Notes under the pieces: model-generated | Seen by the model: only the letters and a program-made list of their open reading frames with translations | Told to the model about the DNA's origin: nothing | Databases searched by the model: none | DNA from: a virus | Taxonomy: Duplodnaviria > Caudoviricetes | IMG/VR virus record: IMGVR_UViG_3300009095_000020 | Location: 1-49,259 of that record | Length of the DNA: 49,259 nt | Direction: 5' to 3' (one strand) | Part shown: positions 42,416 through 49,259 of the stretch, in pieces | Position numbering within the stretch: position 1 is the stretch's first letter | Layout of the letters: each line of letters starts with the position of its first letter | Position numbers and translations under genes: made by a program

Positions 42416-45159
42416 TGGCGTTCCCGGAGGATGTGCTCCCGCTGGAGGTGTCGCTTTACCTCGACGGCTCCTGGGTGGACGTGGCGGCGGCCGGTCACGT
42501 GTACCGGCGGGACATGGTGCGGATCCGGCGCGGCCGGGCCGACGAGGCGGCGCAGGTGGACCACGGCACCTGCTCGCTGACGTTGAACAACAGGGACGGC
42601 AGGTACTCGCCGCGCAACCCGATGAGCCCGTACTACGGGCAGCTCACCCGCAACACCCCCATCAGGGTGTCGGTCGAGGGGGCGACGCCCTACCTGGCGC
42701 TGCCCGGAGACACCAGCTCCAAGGCCCACACCCCCGACGCCGCGGCGCTCGGCATCACGGGCGACATCGACATCCGGATCGATCTCGAACTTGCGAGCTG
42801 GCGGGACTACTACGACCTGGCCGCCAAGTTCCAGACCGCCAGCAATCAGCGCTCGTGGGCGCTGTCCCTCGCCGGAAACCGGAGCGGCAAGCTGGAGTTC
42901 TCGTGGAGCCCGGACGGAACCGCGGCGAGCAGGATCGACCGCCAGTCCACCGTCCCGGTCCCGGCACCGACCAGCGGCAGGCTGGCGGTCGCCGCAGTGC
43001 TCGACGTCAACAACGGGGCGGGCGGACACACAGTGGTCTTCTTCACCGCGGACACGATCGCCGGGCCGTGGGTGCAACTCGGCGACCCGGTGACCGGGTC
43101 CGGCACGACGAGCATCTACGACAGCGTGGCCGGGGTCGAGCTCGGCGACAGCATCGACCTGACCGGCAAGCCGGTCGACGGCCGCATCTATGCGTGCCAG
43201 CTGCGCAACGGCATCAACGGCACCCTCGTAGCCGCCCCCGACTTCACCGCCCAGACGCCGGGGGCGACGAGCTTCGCTGACTCGGCCGGGCGTACGTGGA
43301 GTGTGGAGGGCGCCGCCGAGATCACCAACCGTGACCCGAGGTTCTGCGGCGAAGTGTCGAGCTGGCCGCCCCGCTGGGACATCACCGGGACGGACGTGTA
43401 CACGCCGCTCGACGCGGCCGGGCCGCTGCGCAGGCTCGGCCAGGGCGACGTGCTCGGCTCCGCGATGTACCGGGCACGCGTCTACGACACCGCGAGCCTG
43501 GTCGCGTACTGGCCGCTGGAGGATGCGGAGGGGAGCACGCAGCTTGCCCCGGCGTTGTCGCATGAGCCGCTCACCATCACCGGCAGCCCGAACCTCGCGT
43601 CGTACGACGGGTTCACCAGCAGCCATCCGATCCCCGTCCTGAACGGCGCCGAACTCCGGGGGGCCGCGCCAGCGTACGAGGACACCGGGGAGACGCAGGT
43701 GCGCTGGCTGATGGCCGTCCCGGACGCCGGCGCGGAGACCGGGCAGGTCCTCGTCACCTGGTACGCCACCGGCTCGGCGCGCAGGTGGGAGGTGTTCTAC
43801 GAGACCGGCGGCCTGATCGGCTTGAGGGCGTACGACACGAGCGGCTCGGAGCTGTTCACCACGGGCGGGATCGCTTTCGCCGTGGACGGTAAGAAGCTGC
43901 TAGTCAGCGTCGAGCTGACGCAGGACGGCTCGGACGTGGATTACACGCTGGGCACTCTGGCGGTCGGTGACAGTGTGGGGCTGTTCTCGGGCGGCACGCT
44001 GTCCTCGAACACGGTGGGCCGGGTGGGCGTGGTCACGGTGTCGCCGGGCGGCGGCATCACGAACGTGGCGATCGGGCACCTGTCGGTGCAGGCGACGGTG
44101 ACGAGCCTCTTCGAGACGAACGAGCAGCTCGACGCGTGGCGCGGCGAGCGCGCGGGCAGGCGGATTCAGCGGTTGTGCAGGGAGGCCAGCATCCCCTTCC
44201 GCAGCGTGGGCGACCTGGACAAGACGGTGCGGCTCGGCGCGCAGCTTCCCGGCACGCTGGTCGAGCTGCTGCGCGAGGCCGCTGCGGCGGATGACGGCAT
44301 GCTGTTCGAGCGGCGCGACAGGCTCGGGTTGGGCTACCGGACGCGGGAGTCGCTCTACAACCAGGCCGTCACCCTCGGCCTGGACTACGAGTCGCACGAG
44401 CTCGCCGAGCCGCCGTCCCCGGTGGACGACGACTCGTCCATTAGGAACGACGTGACGGTCACCCGCACCGGTGGCAGCTCGGCGCGGGCGGTGCAGGAGA
44501 CCGGCACCCTGTCCGTGCTGGAGCCGCCGGACGGGGTCGGCCGCTACGTGAGCGAGGTCGCGCTCAACGTCGAATATGACCTTGACCTGTTCGAACAGGC
44601 AGGTTGGCGGCTCCGCCTCGGCACGATCGATGAGGCCCGGTATCCCCAGCTCGCCATCAACCTCGCCCACCCGTCCATCGCCGGCGACTCGGCACTCACC
44701 GCGGCCGCGCGGCTGCTCGACGTCGGCGACCGGGTGACGGTGGCCAACCCACCGTCCTGGCTGCCGCCGGAGACCATCTCGCAGGTGGTGCAGGGCTACA
44801 GCGAAGAGCTGGCCAACTTCGAGCACGCCATCACGCTCAACTGCTCGCCCGCGTCGCCGTACGTGGTGGCCACCTACGGCAGCAGCCGCTACATGCCGGT
44901 GGACACGGTGCTCAACGAGGCGTTGGACACGACGGAGACCGGGGTGGACATCACCACCCCGACCGGGCCGCTCTGGTCGACCAGCGCCAGCGGCTTCCAG
45001 ATCATCATCGGCGGCGAGGTGATGACCGTGTCGGCGGTCGGGTCGGCGACCGGCACCAACCAGACCCTCACCGTCGTGCGCTCGGTGAACGGCATCGTCA
45101 AGAGCCACGCCAGCGGGGCTCCCGTCGAGTTCTTCGTCCCGTCGATTTACGCACTTTGA
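42412..45159 (+). CDS. Large tail-tip protein with LamG/ConA-like inserts (start 42412 or 42415)
   Basis: IRRGR.DE...LNNRDGRYSP N-terminus, AYWPLED, IRNDVTVTR; follows TMP. Confidence 0.75.
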   Translation: MMAFPEDVLPLEVSLYLDGSWVDVAAAGHVYRRDMVRIRRGRADEAAQVDHGTCSLTLNNRDGRYSPRNPMSPYYGQLTRNTPIRVSVEGATPYLALPGDTSSKAHTPDAAALGITGDIDIRIDLELASWRDYYDLAAKFQTASNQRSWALSLAGNRSGKLEFSWSPDGTAASRIDRQSTVPVPAPTSGRLAVAAVLDVNNGAGGHTVVFFTADTIAGPWVQLGDPVTGSGTTSIYDSVAGVELGDSIDLTGKPVDGRIYACQLRNGINGTLVAAPDFTAQTPGATSFADSAGRTWSVEGAAEITNRDPRFCGEVSSWPPRWDITGTDVYTPLDAAGPLRRLGQGDVLGSAMYRARVYDTASLVAYWPLEDAEGSTQLAPALSHEPLTITGSPNLASYDGFTSSHPIPVLNGAELRGAAPAYEDTGETQVRWLMAVPDAGAETGQVLVTWYATGSARRWEVFYETGGLIGLRAYDTSGSELFTTGGIAFAVDGKKLLVSVELTQDGSDVDYTLGTLAVGDSVGLFSGGTLSSNTVGRVGVVTVSPGGGITNVAIGHLSVQATVTSLFETNEQLDAWRGERAGRRIQRLCREASIPFRSVGDLDKTVRLGAQLPGTLVELLREAAAADDGMLFERRDRLGLGYRTRESLYNQAVTLGLDYESHELAEPPSPVDDDSSIRNDVTVTRTGGSSARAVQETGTLSVLEPPDGVGRYVSEVALNVEYDLDLFEQAGWRLRLGTIDEARYPQLAINLAHPSIAGDSALTAAARLLDVGDRVTVANPPSWLPPETISQVVQGYSEELANFEHAITLNCSPASPYVVATYGSSRYMPVDTVLNEALDTTETGVDITTPTGPLWSTSASGFQIIIGGEVMTVSAVGSATGTNQTLTVVRSVNGIVKSHASGAPVEFFVPSIYAL

Positions 45160-45170
45160 AGGAGCATCTG

Positions 45171-45404
45171 ATGGCATACCAGTGGGCTAACCAGAACGTC
45201 ACCCCCGGGGACCAGATCGTCTTCACCGTCTCCGACGGCACCTACTGCCTGGACTTCACCGGCGTCCCCTGCGGAGAAGGCGCCAACCACGCACAGGCCG
45301 CCGCGCTGATGGGTGCGGTCAAAGACGCACTCGAGGCCGCCAGCTTGATCGTCGGCACCATCCACTCCGCAGGCGGCGTGGGCTGGACCCTCGAAGAGGT
45401 GTAG
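45171..45404 (+). CDS. Small hypothetical tail-region protein
   Basis: AAGGAG SD. Confidence 0.6.
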   Translation: MAYQWANQNVTPGDQIVFTVSDGTYCLDFTGVPCGEGANHAQAAALMGAVKDALEAASLIVGTIHSAGGVGWTLEEV

Positions 45405-45407
45405 CCG

Positions 45408-46325
45408 ATGCCTGACACGCTGGTCGGTTCTGTGATCTCGTCCGGGGATTTCCCCGCGTCGGCCTACGCCGCCGACAGCACGAGCATCACCGATATCTCG
45501 TCGACCACGTTCATCGCGGGATCGCCGCAGGTATCCACCACCTTCATCGCGCCAACGTCCGGCGCAGTCCTCGTCTCGGTGGGGCTCTCAGCGAGGGACA
45601 ACGGCGGCACCAACGCGGTCCACCTGGCTCCCGAGATCCGCCAGACGAACGTCTCCGGCTCCGTGGTGCTGGCCGCGAACGTGGTGACGAGGGGGGTCGG
45701 CTGCCCTGGCGAGCCGACCACGTTTATCTACCGGTCGCGCACCACGGTGCTGACCGGCCTGACGCCGGGTCAGCTGTATTTCGCGCGCACGATGCACAAG
45801 GTGAGCAGCGGTTCCACCGCTGACCTGCAGTTGAGGGACATCACGATCTGCCCGACTCCGCTCGGCTCGTCGTGGGCGGGCCGGCCGGTGCGGGCGCTGG
45901 ACTATCCGCCGCCTCAGTGGGCGCAGAACGCGACGCAGATCGACAACCCGAGCAACTCGTCGTACACGGCTGGGTCGACGGAGGTCAGCGTCACCTTCAC
46001 CGCGCCGACCAGCGGGCGGGTGCTGCTGATCATCGGCGGCGGGCTGGGCAACAGCGCAGGCGCGAACAGGATCTTCTTGTCGCCTGAGGTGCGCGAGACC
46101 GACGTGTCGGGAGCCGTGGTCTTGGCTGCGTCGGTGACCAGCCGGGGGTTCGGGTCGGACAACTGCGCGAGCCGGTTCCACTACGGCTCCCGAGAGTCGG
46201 TCCTGGAGGGGCTGACGCCGGGCCAGGTGTACTTCGCCCGGGTGATGTACGTGGTGGTCAACGACGGGGGCGGCAACACCGCGGACATCGCCGCCCGTGA
46301 CATAGGGGTGGTGCCGATCCCATGA
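45408..46325 (+). CDS. Putative receptor-binding/tail fibre protein with two tandem ~150-aa domains
   Basis: TF.APTSG.VL, GLTPGQ.YFAR, TAD...RDI...P each twice. Confidence 0.7.
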   Translation: MPDTLVGSVISSGDFPASAYAADSTSITDISSTTFIAGSPQVSTTFIAPTSGAVLVSVGLSARDNGGTNAVHLAPEIRQTNVSGSVVLAANVVTRGVGCPGEPTTFIYRSRTTVLTGLTPGQLYFARTMHKVSSGSTADLQLRDITICPTPLGSSWAGRPVRALDYPPPQWAQNATQIDNPSNSSYTAGSTEVSVTFTAPTSGRVLLIIGGGLGNSAGANRIFLSPEVRETDVSGAVVLAASVTSRGFGSDNCASRFHYGSRESVLEGLTPGQVYFARVMYVVVNDGGGNTADIAARDIGVVPIP

Positions 46326-46783
46326 CGATCACGACAGGTGACCTGGTGCGTACGCTGCCCCCGACGTCGTACGTGCACGACGACACCACCCAGGTGCAGC
46401 TCACCTCCACCTCGTACGAGGTGGGCTCGCCCGAGGTGGGGGTGTACTTCGTCGCCCCGCCCAGCGGCCGGGTGCGGCTCACGGTCGGCGGGGGCTTCAG
46501 GGACAACGGCGGCAGCAACACCGACCGCGTGTTCCTGTCTCCGCAGCTGTTCGAGGACGGCCCCGCTGGGGTCGAGGTCCTGGCTCCGTCCGTGACGTTG
46601 CGCGGGTACGGCAGCGCTGCCGAGGACACGCAGTTCCAGTACGGCTGCCGCGTCAGCTTGATCGAGGGTTTGACGCCGGGCCAGCTGTACTACCTGCGCA
46701 CCATGCACCTCACTTCGGCGGGTACGGACCCGGACACGGCCGATATCGCGGCCCGCGACGTGATTGTGATCCCGCTGCCATGA
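46322..46783 (+). CDS. Third paralogous copy of the same beta domain
   Basis: FVAPPSGRV, GLTPGQLYYLR, TADIAARDVIVIPLP. Confidence 0.7.
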   Translation: MTITTGDLVRTLPPTSYVHDDTTQVQLTSTSYEVGSPEVGVYFVAPPSGRVRLTVGGGFRDNGGSNTDRVFLSPQLFEDGPAGVEVLAPSVTLRGYGSAAEDTQFQYGCRVSLIEGLTPGQLYYLRTMHLTSAGTDPDTADIAARDVIVIPLP

Positions 46784-47085
46784 CCGGAGACCCGGTGCTC
46801 GACGTGTTCATGGCCGCCGGGGCGGTGGCCACGGGGCTCGGGCTGGCGTTCTCGCTGGCCCGGATCGGCCGGCGTCTGTGGCGCCAGTTTCAGGCGCTCG
46901 ACGATTTCCTGGACGACTGGCGTGGCGAGCCCGCACGGCCTGGGGTGCCGGGCCGTGCGGGGGTGATGGAGCGGCTCGCGAGCATCGAGCACGAGGTGGT
47001 CACCAACAACGGCAGCTCGCTGAAGGACGCGGTGAAGCGGGTCGAGGAGAAGTTGGACGCGCATCTGGAGAGCAGGGAGGACTGA
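46780..47085 (+). CDS. TM plus coiled-coil lysis-cassette protein
   Basis: N-terminal TM; NNGSSLKDAVKRVE. Confidence 0.7.
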   Translation: MTGDPVLDVFMAAGAVATGLGLAFSLARIGRRLWRQFQALDDFLDDWRGEPARPGVPGRAGVMERLASIEHEVVTNNGSSLKDAVKRVEEKLDAHLESRED

Positions 47086-47234
47086 TGAGGTACGAGAGTG
47101 AGGCGGAGCTGGTCGCCGAGCGTGTCGACCGGCATCCGACGGGTGCGAGCGAGCCGGACGAGGAGGTCGTGCTGCGCCGTCTGTACGGCTCGCCCGACCG
47201 GGAGGGCGTGTATCGCGGGGAGCCTCCGCGGTGA
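47085..47234 (+). CDS. 49-aa acidic protein before the endolysin
   Basis: GGAGG SD; TGATG and GTGA coupling. Confidence 0.6.
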   Translation: MRYESEAELVAERVDRHPTGASEPDEEVVLRRLYGSPDREGVYRGEPPR

Positions 47235-47998
47235 GCGCCAAGAGGATGCTGGCGGCGGCGCGGAAGGATCTCGGCTTGTCGGGCCGGCCGAACCGGATCA
47301 CGCGGGCGTACTCGTCTCGCAACGGGCCGGAGTTTCTGCGTGCGCCGTGGTGCGACATGTCGATCAGCGAGTGGGCGCGCGCCTCCGGCAACGCGGCCGC
47401 GGTGCTGCCCCAGGGGGATCGGGCGTACACGGTGTGGCATGCGCAGGATGGGCAGCGGCTCGGGCTGTGGCATGCGGGCACCGCGGCGAACATCCGTAAG
47501 CACGCCCGGCCGGGGGCGATCGTGTTCTTCGACTGGGCTGGCACCGACCAGGTGGGGGCGATCGACCACGTGGGCCTGGTCGAGGTGAATCTGGGTGACG
47601 GCCGGGTGCAGACGATCGAAGGCAACACCGCGGACTCGTGCAAGCGCAGGGTGCGCGGGGCGGATGTGATCGCGGGGTTTTGGAACCCCGCGTACGAGGA
47701 GGAGGTCGACGTGACCCGTGACGAGGTTTACAAGGCGGTGTGGGAGTCGGATCGGATGCCGGTCCCGTACGGCAGCGCGGCGAACCCGGAGTGGAAGCCC
47801 CGCTCGGTGCTGGCGGATCACGGGGTGAAGCTGCGGCAGATCCTCGCTGAGGTGCAGGCGCAGAACGCCACCATCCGCGAGCTGGTCGAGCTGCTGGCGC
47901 AGCGCGACTCGGAGATCGACGTGGAGGCGCTGATCGCCCGCATCGAGGGGGCGATCGCCGGTATCACGGTGCGGCTCAACGTAGCCGACCCCGCCTGA
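47231..47998 (+). CDS. Endolysin, CHAP domain
   Basis: PWCDM, DHVGLVE, TIEGNT. Confidence 0.9.
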   Translation: MSAKRMLAAARKDLGLSGRPNRITRAYSSRNGPEFLRAPWCDMSISEWARASGNAAAVLPQGDRAYTVWHAQDGQRLGLWHAGTAANIRKHARPGAIVFFDWAGTDQVGAIDHVGLVEVNLGDGRVQTIEGNTADSCKRRVRGADVIAGFWNPAYEEEVDVTRDEVYKAVWESDRMPVPYGSAANPEWKPRSVLADHGVKLRQILAEVQAQNATIRELVELLAQRDSEIDVEALIARIEGAIAGITVRLNVADPA

Positions 47999-48072
47999 CC
48001 AGGGCCGGACGCCTGGCAGGTTTCAAAAATCCGACCTCGGATGAGGCCGGACCACCCCCTGAAGGAGGGGCA

Positions 48073-48447
48073 ATGCGAATCTTCGGCCGCGAGCCCGCAC
48101 TCTGGCTCACCCTCATCCAAACCGCCATCGCCCTCGCCGTCGGCCTCGGCCTGCCGGTCACCGGCGACCAGGTCGGCCTCATCAACGCCGCCGCCGCCGC
48201 GGTCCTCGCGCTCGTCGCCGCCGTGGCGGTGCGGCCGTTCCCGGTGCCGCTGCTCATGGGCGCGATCCAGGCGCTGCTCGCGCTGGCGGTCGGGTTCGGG
48301 CTGGCCCTGTCGCCCGAGCAGGTCGGGCTCGTCAACGCTGCTGCGGCGGCGCTGGTCGGCTTCATCCTGCGCATGCACGTCTCCCCGGCGGAGAGTCGGG
48401 ACCACGGGCCTGGCGTGCATGCTGGGCGGGATCTGGCCGGCCTGTAG
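48073..48447 (+). CDS. Holin, four TM with internal duplication
   Basis: GREPAL; IQ...ALAVG.GL.....QVGL.NAAAAA twice; AAGGAGG SD. Confidence 0.8.
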   Translation: MRIFGREPALWLTLIQTAIALAVGLGLPVTGDQVGLINAAAAAVLALVAAVAVRPFPVPLLMGAIQALLALAVGFGLALSPEQVGLVNAAAAALVGFILRMHVSPAESRDHGPGVHAGRDLAGL

Positions 48448-48483
48448 CGGGTGGCGTACGGTGGCGGTACTGCCTGGGACGAG

Positions 48484-48520
48484 TAACGCCCCGCCCCCCT
48501 GGTGGAGGTGTGGGGCGTTA
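48484..48520. terminator. Stem-loop between convergent units
   Basis: TAACGCCCC...GGGGCGTTA. Confidence 0.6.
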
Positions 48521-48543
48521 TCGTGCCTGCGGGTACGCTGACG

Positions 48544-48589
48544 TGCGGGAGCCCCGGTGCTGTGGGGAAGCGGCACCGGGGCTCCCGCA
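48544..48589. terminator. Second long stem-loop between convergent units
   Basis: TGCGGGAGCCCCGGTGCTG...CGGCACCGGGGCTCCCGCA. Confidence 0.65.
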
Positions 48590-48596
48590 TGCCGGG

Positions 48597-48857
48597 TCAG
48601 GAGTTGGCGGCCTCTCTCGCCGCGAGACACCGCCTACACATCTGCGGTTCGCCAGCGTGCGGGGAGTAGTACAGGTGCGACGCACAGAAGTAGCCACCGC
48701 AGCCGTACTCATCACCACCTGGCGTCTCTCCGCAGAGGTGAGCGAGGCCTCGGTCGATGTTGACCTTGCAGCCTTTCTCGTTGCAGGTGTCCTCGACCGC
48801 GTATCCGGCTTCGATCTTCTGGCCGTTGCGGTGCACTGTGTAGCTGGCGTATCCCAT
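48597..48857 (-). CDS. Small Cys-rich phage protein
   Basis: GY....C...GC...IDRGL..LCG......GCGGYFC..H...CRRC. Confidence 0.75.
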   Translation of the reverse strand: MGYASYTVHRNGQKIEAGYAVEDTCNEKGCKVNIDRGLAHLCGETPGGDEYGCGGYFCASHLYYSPHAGEPQMCRRCLAAREAANS

Positions 48858-48860
48858 GAT

Positions 48861-48986
48861 CTACTCTTCTTCCTTGTCGTCCTGGCTGTGGCTGCGTACG
48901 AGCCGCCACCCGGCCTTGAACTCCTCCCAGGAGAACACCCGCTCCCTCAGCGGACTCTCCTTCTGGCCTTCCTCGTGGCTGGTCAT
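48861..48986 (-). CDS. 41-aa hypothetical protein (MTSHEEGQKE...)
   Basis: ATGA overlap with the upstream gene; GGAG SD. Confidence 0.55.
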   Translation of the reverse strand: MTSHEEGQKESPLRERVFSWEEFKAGWRLVRSHSQDDKEEE

Positions 48987-49259
48987 CGTGCTGCTCCGTC
49001 CACGGCGTTCCAGTACGCCTCGTCCAGGTACGACACCACCTGCGTCCGCCCGCGGTGCTGCTCGCGGGCGTGCTCCTGGGCGCTGGCCTGGACGGCGCGG
49101 TCGGTGCGGTAGTGGCTGGCCGTCCACCGGCAGTCGCCGCACCGCCACGCATACGCGTCGGGCTGCCTGTGCGGGTTGGCCCAGATGTCGAGTTCGAAAC
49201 CCCACACCACCATCCCGGCGGGCAGCGTGACGGTGGCGGCGAGTGTGCGGGCCAGCAGC
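48983..49259 (-). CDS. 3' part of a C2H2-like zinc-finger protein entering from the right edge
   Basis: WRCGDC...EHAREQH; frame open to the window end. Confidence 0.65.
   Translation of the reverse strand, partial: LLARTLAATVTLPAGMVVWGFELDIWANPHRQPDAYAWRCGDCRWTASHYRTDRAVQASAQEHAREQHRGRTQVVSYLDEAYWNAVDGAAR

Larger units (their letters stand above)
1..49259. mobile_element. Temperate siphovirus-type actinophage genome, apparently complete and in excised/circular (attP) form
   Basis: Integrase, repressor, replication, terminase, portal, capsid, tail and lysis modules in canonical order; attP flanked by phage-type genes on both sides; no host housekeeping block at either end. Confidence 0.9.

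Noticed and set aside
45408-46783. Diversity-generating retroelement or invertase shufflon
   Set aside because: No reverse transcriptase or invertase seen; copies are diverged throughout rather than at adenines and are all in direct orientation

Overview
The window is essentially one complete ~49.3 kb temperate siphovirus genome from a high-GC filamentous actinomycete (host inferred from composition and gene families). It looks like the excised/circular form, not an integrated prophage. Only the 3' half of a tRNA(CAT) is present (4002-4052), with matching integrase arm-type repeats on both sides (attP), and a minus-strand gene leaving position 1 continues in frame at 49259 if that base is shared. 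Gene order: accessory arm with its own switch, two NUDIX genes and AICE-like small genes (1-3.7 kb); attP, tyrosine integrase, XRE repressor and HTH genes (3.8-7.5 kb); early/replication operon with RecE/RecT-like pair, DnaQ, resolvase, intein-split C5 methyltransferase, HTH-WhiB, DnaN clamp, Dam-like methylase, two SLOG proteins, primase-DUF3987 and an iteron-rich putative origin (7.6-25.6 kb); terminases, a moron, portal-MuF fusion, ClpP protease, HK97 capsid, tail with two tube paralogs and a -1 frameshift chaperone, CHAP endolysin and holin (25.7-48.4 kb). Most notable: a hidden, probably ATC-initiated gene nested in the head module; a phage clamp plus at least four phage proteins with QxxLF clamp-binding motifs; a Cys1+WCT hybrid intein that also supplies the upstream gene's stop codon; and an HTH-degenerate-NUDIX/active-NUDIX pair. 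All family calls come from reading motifs by eye; no database searches were run.
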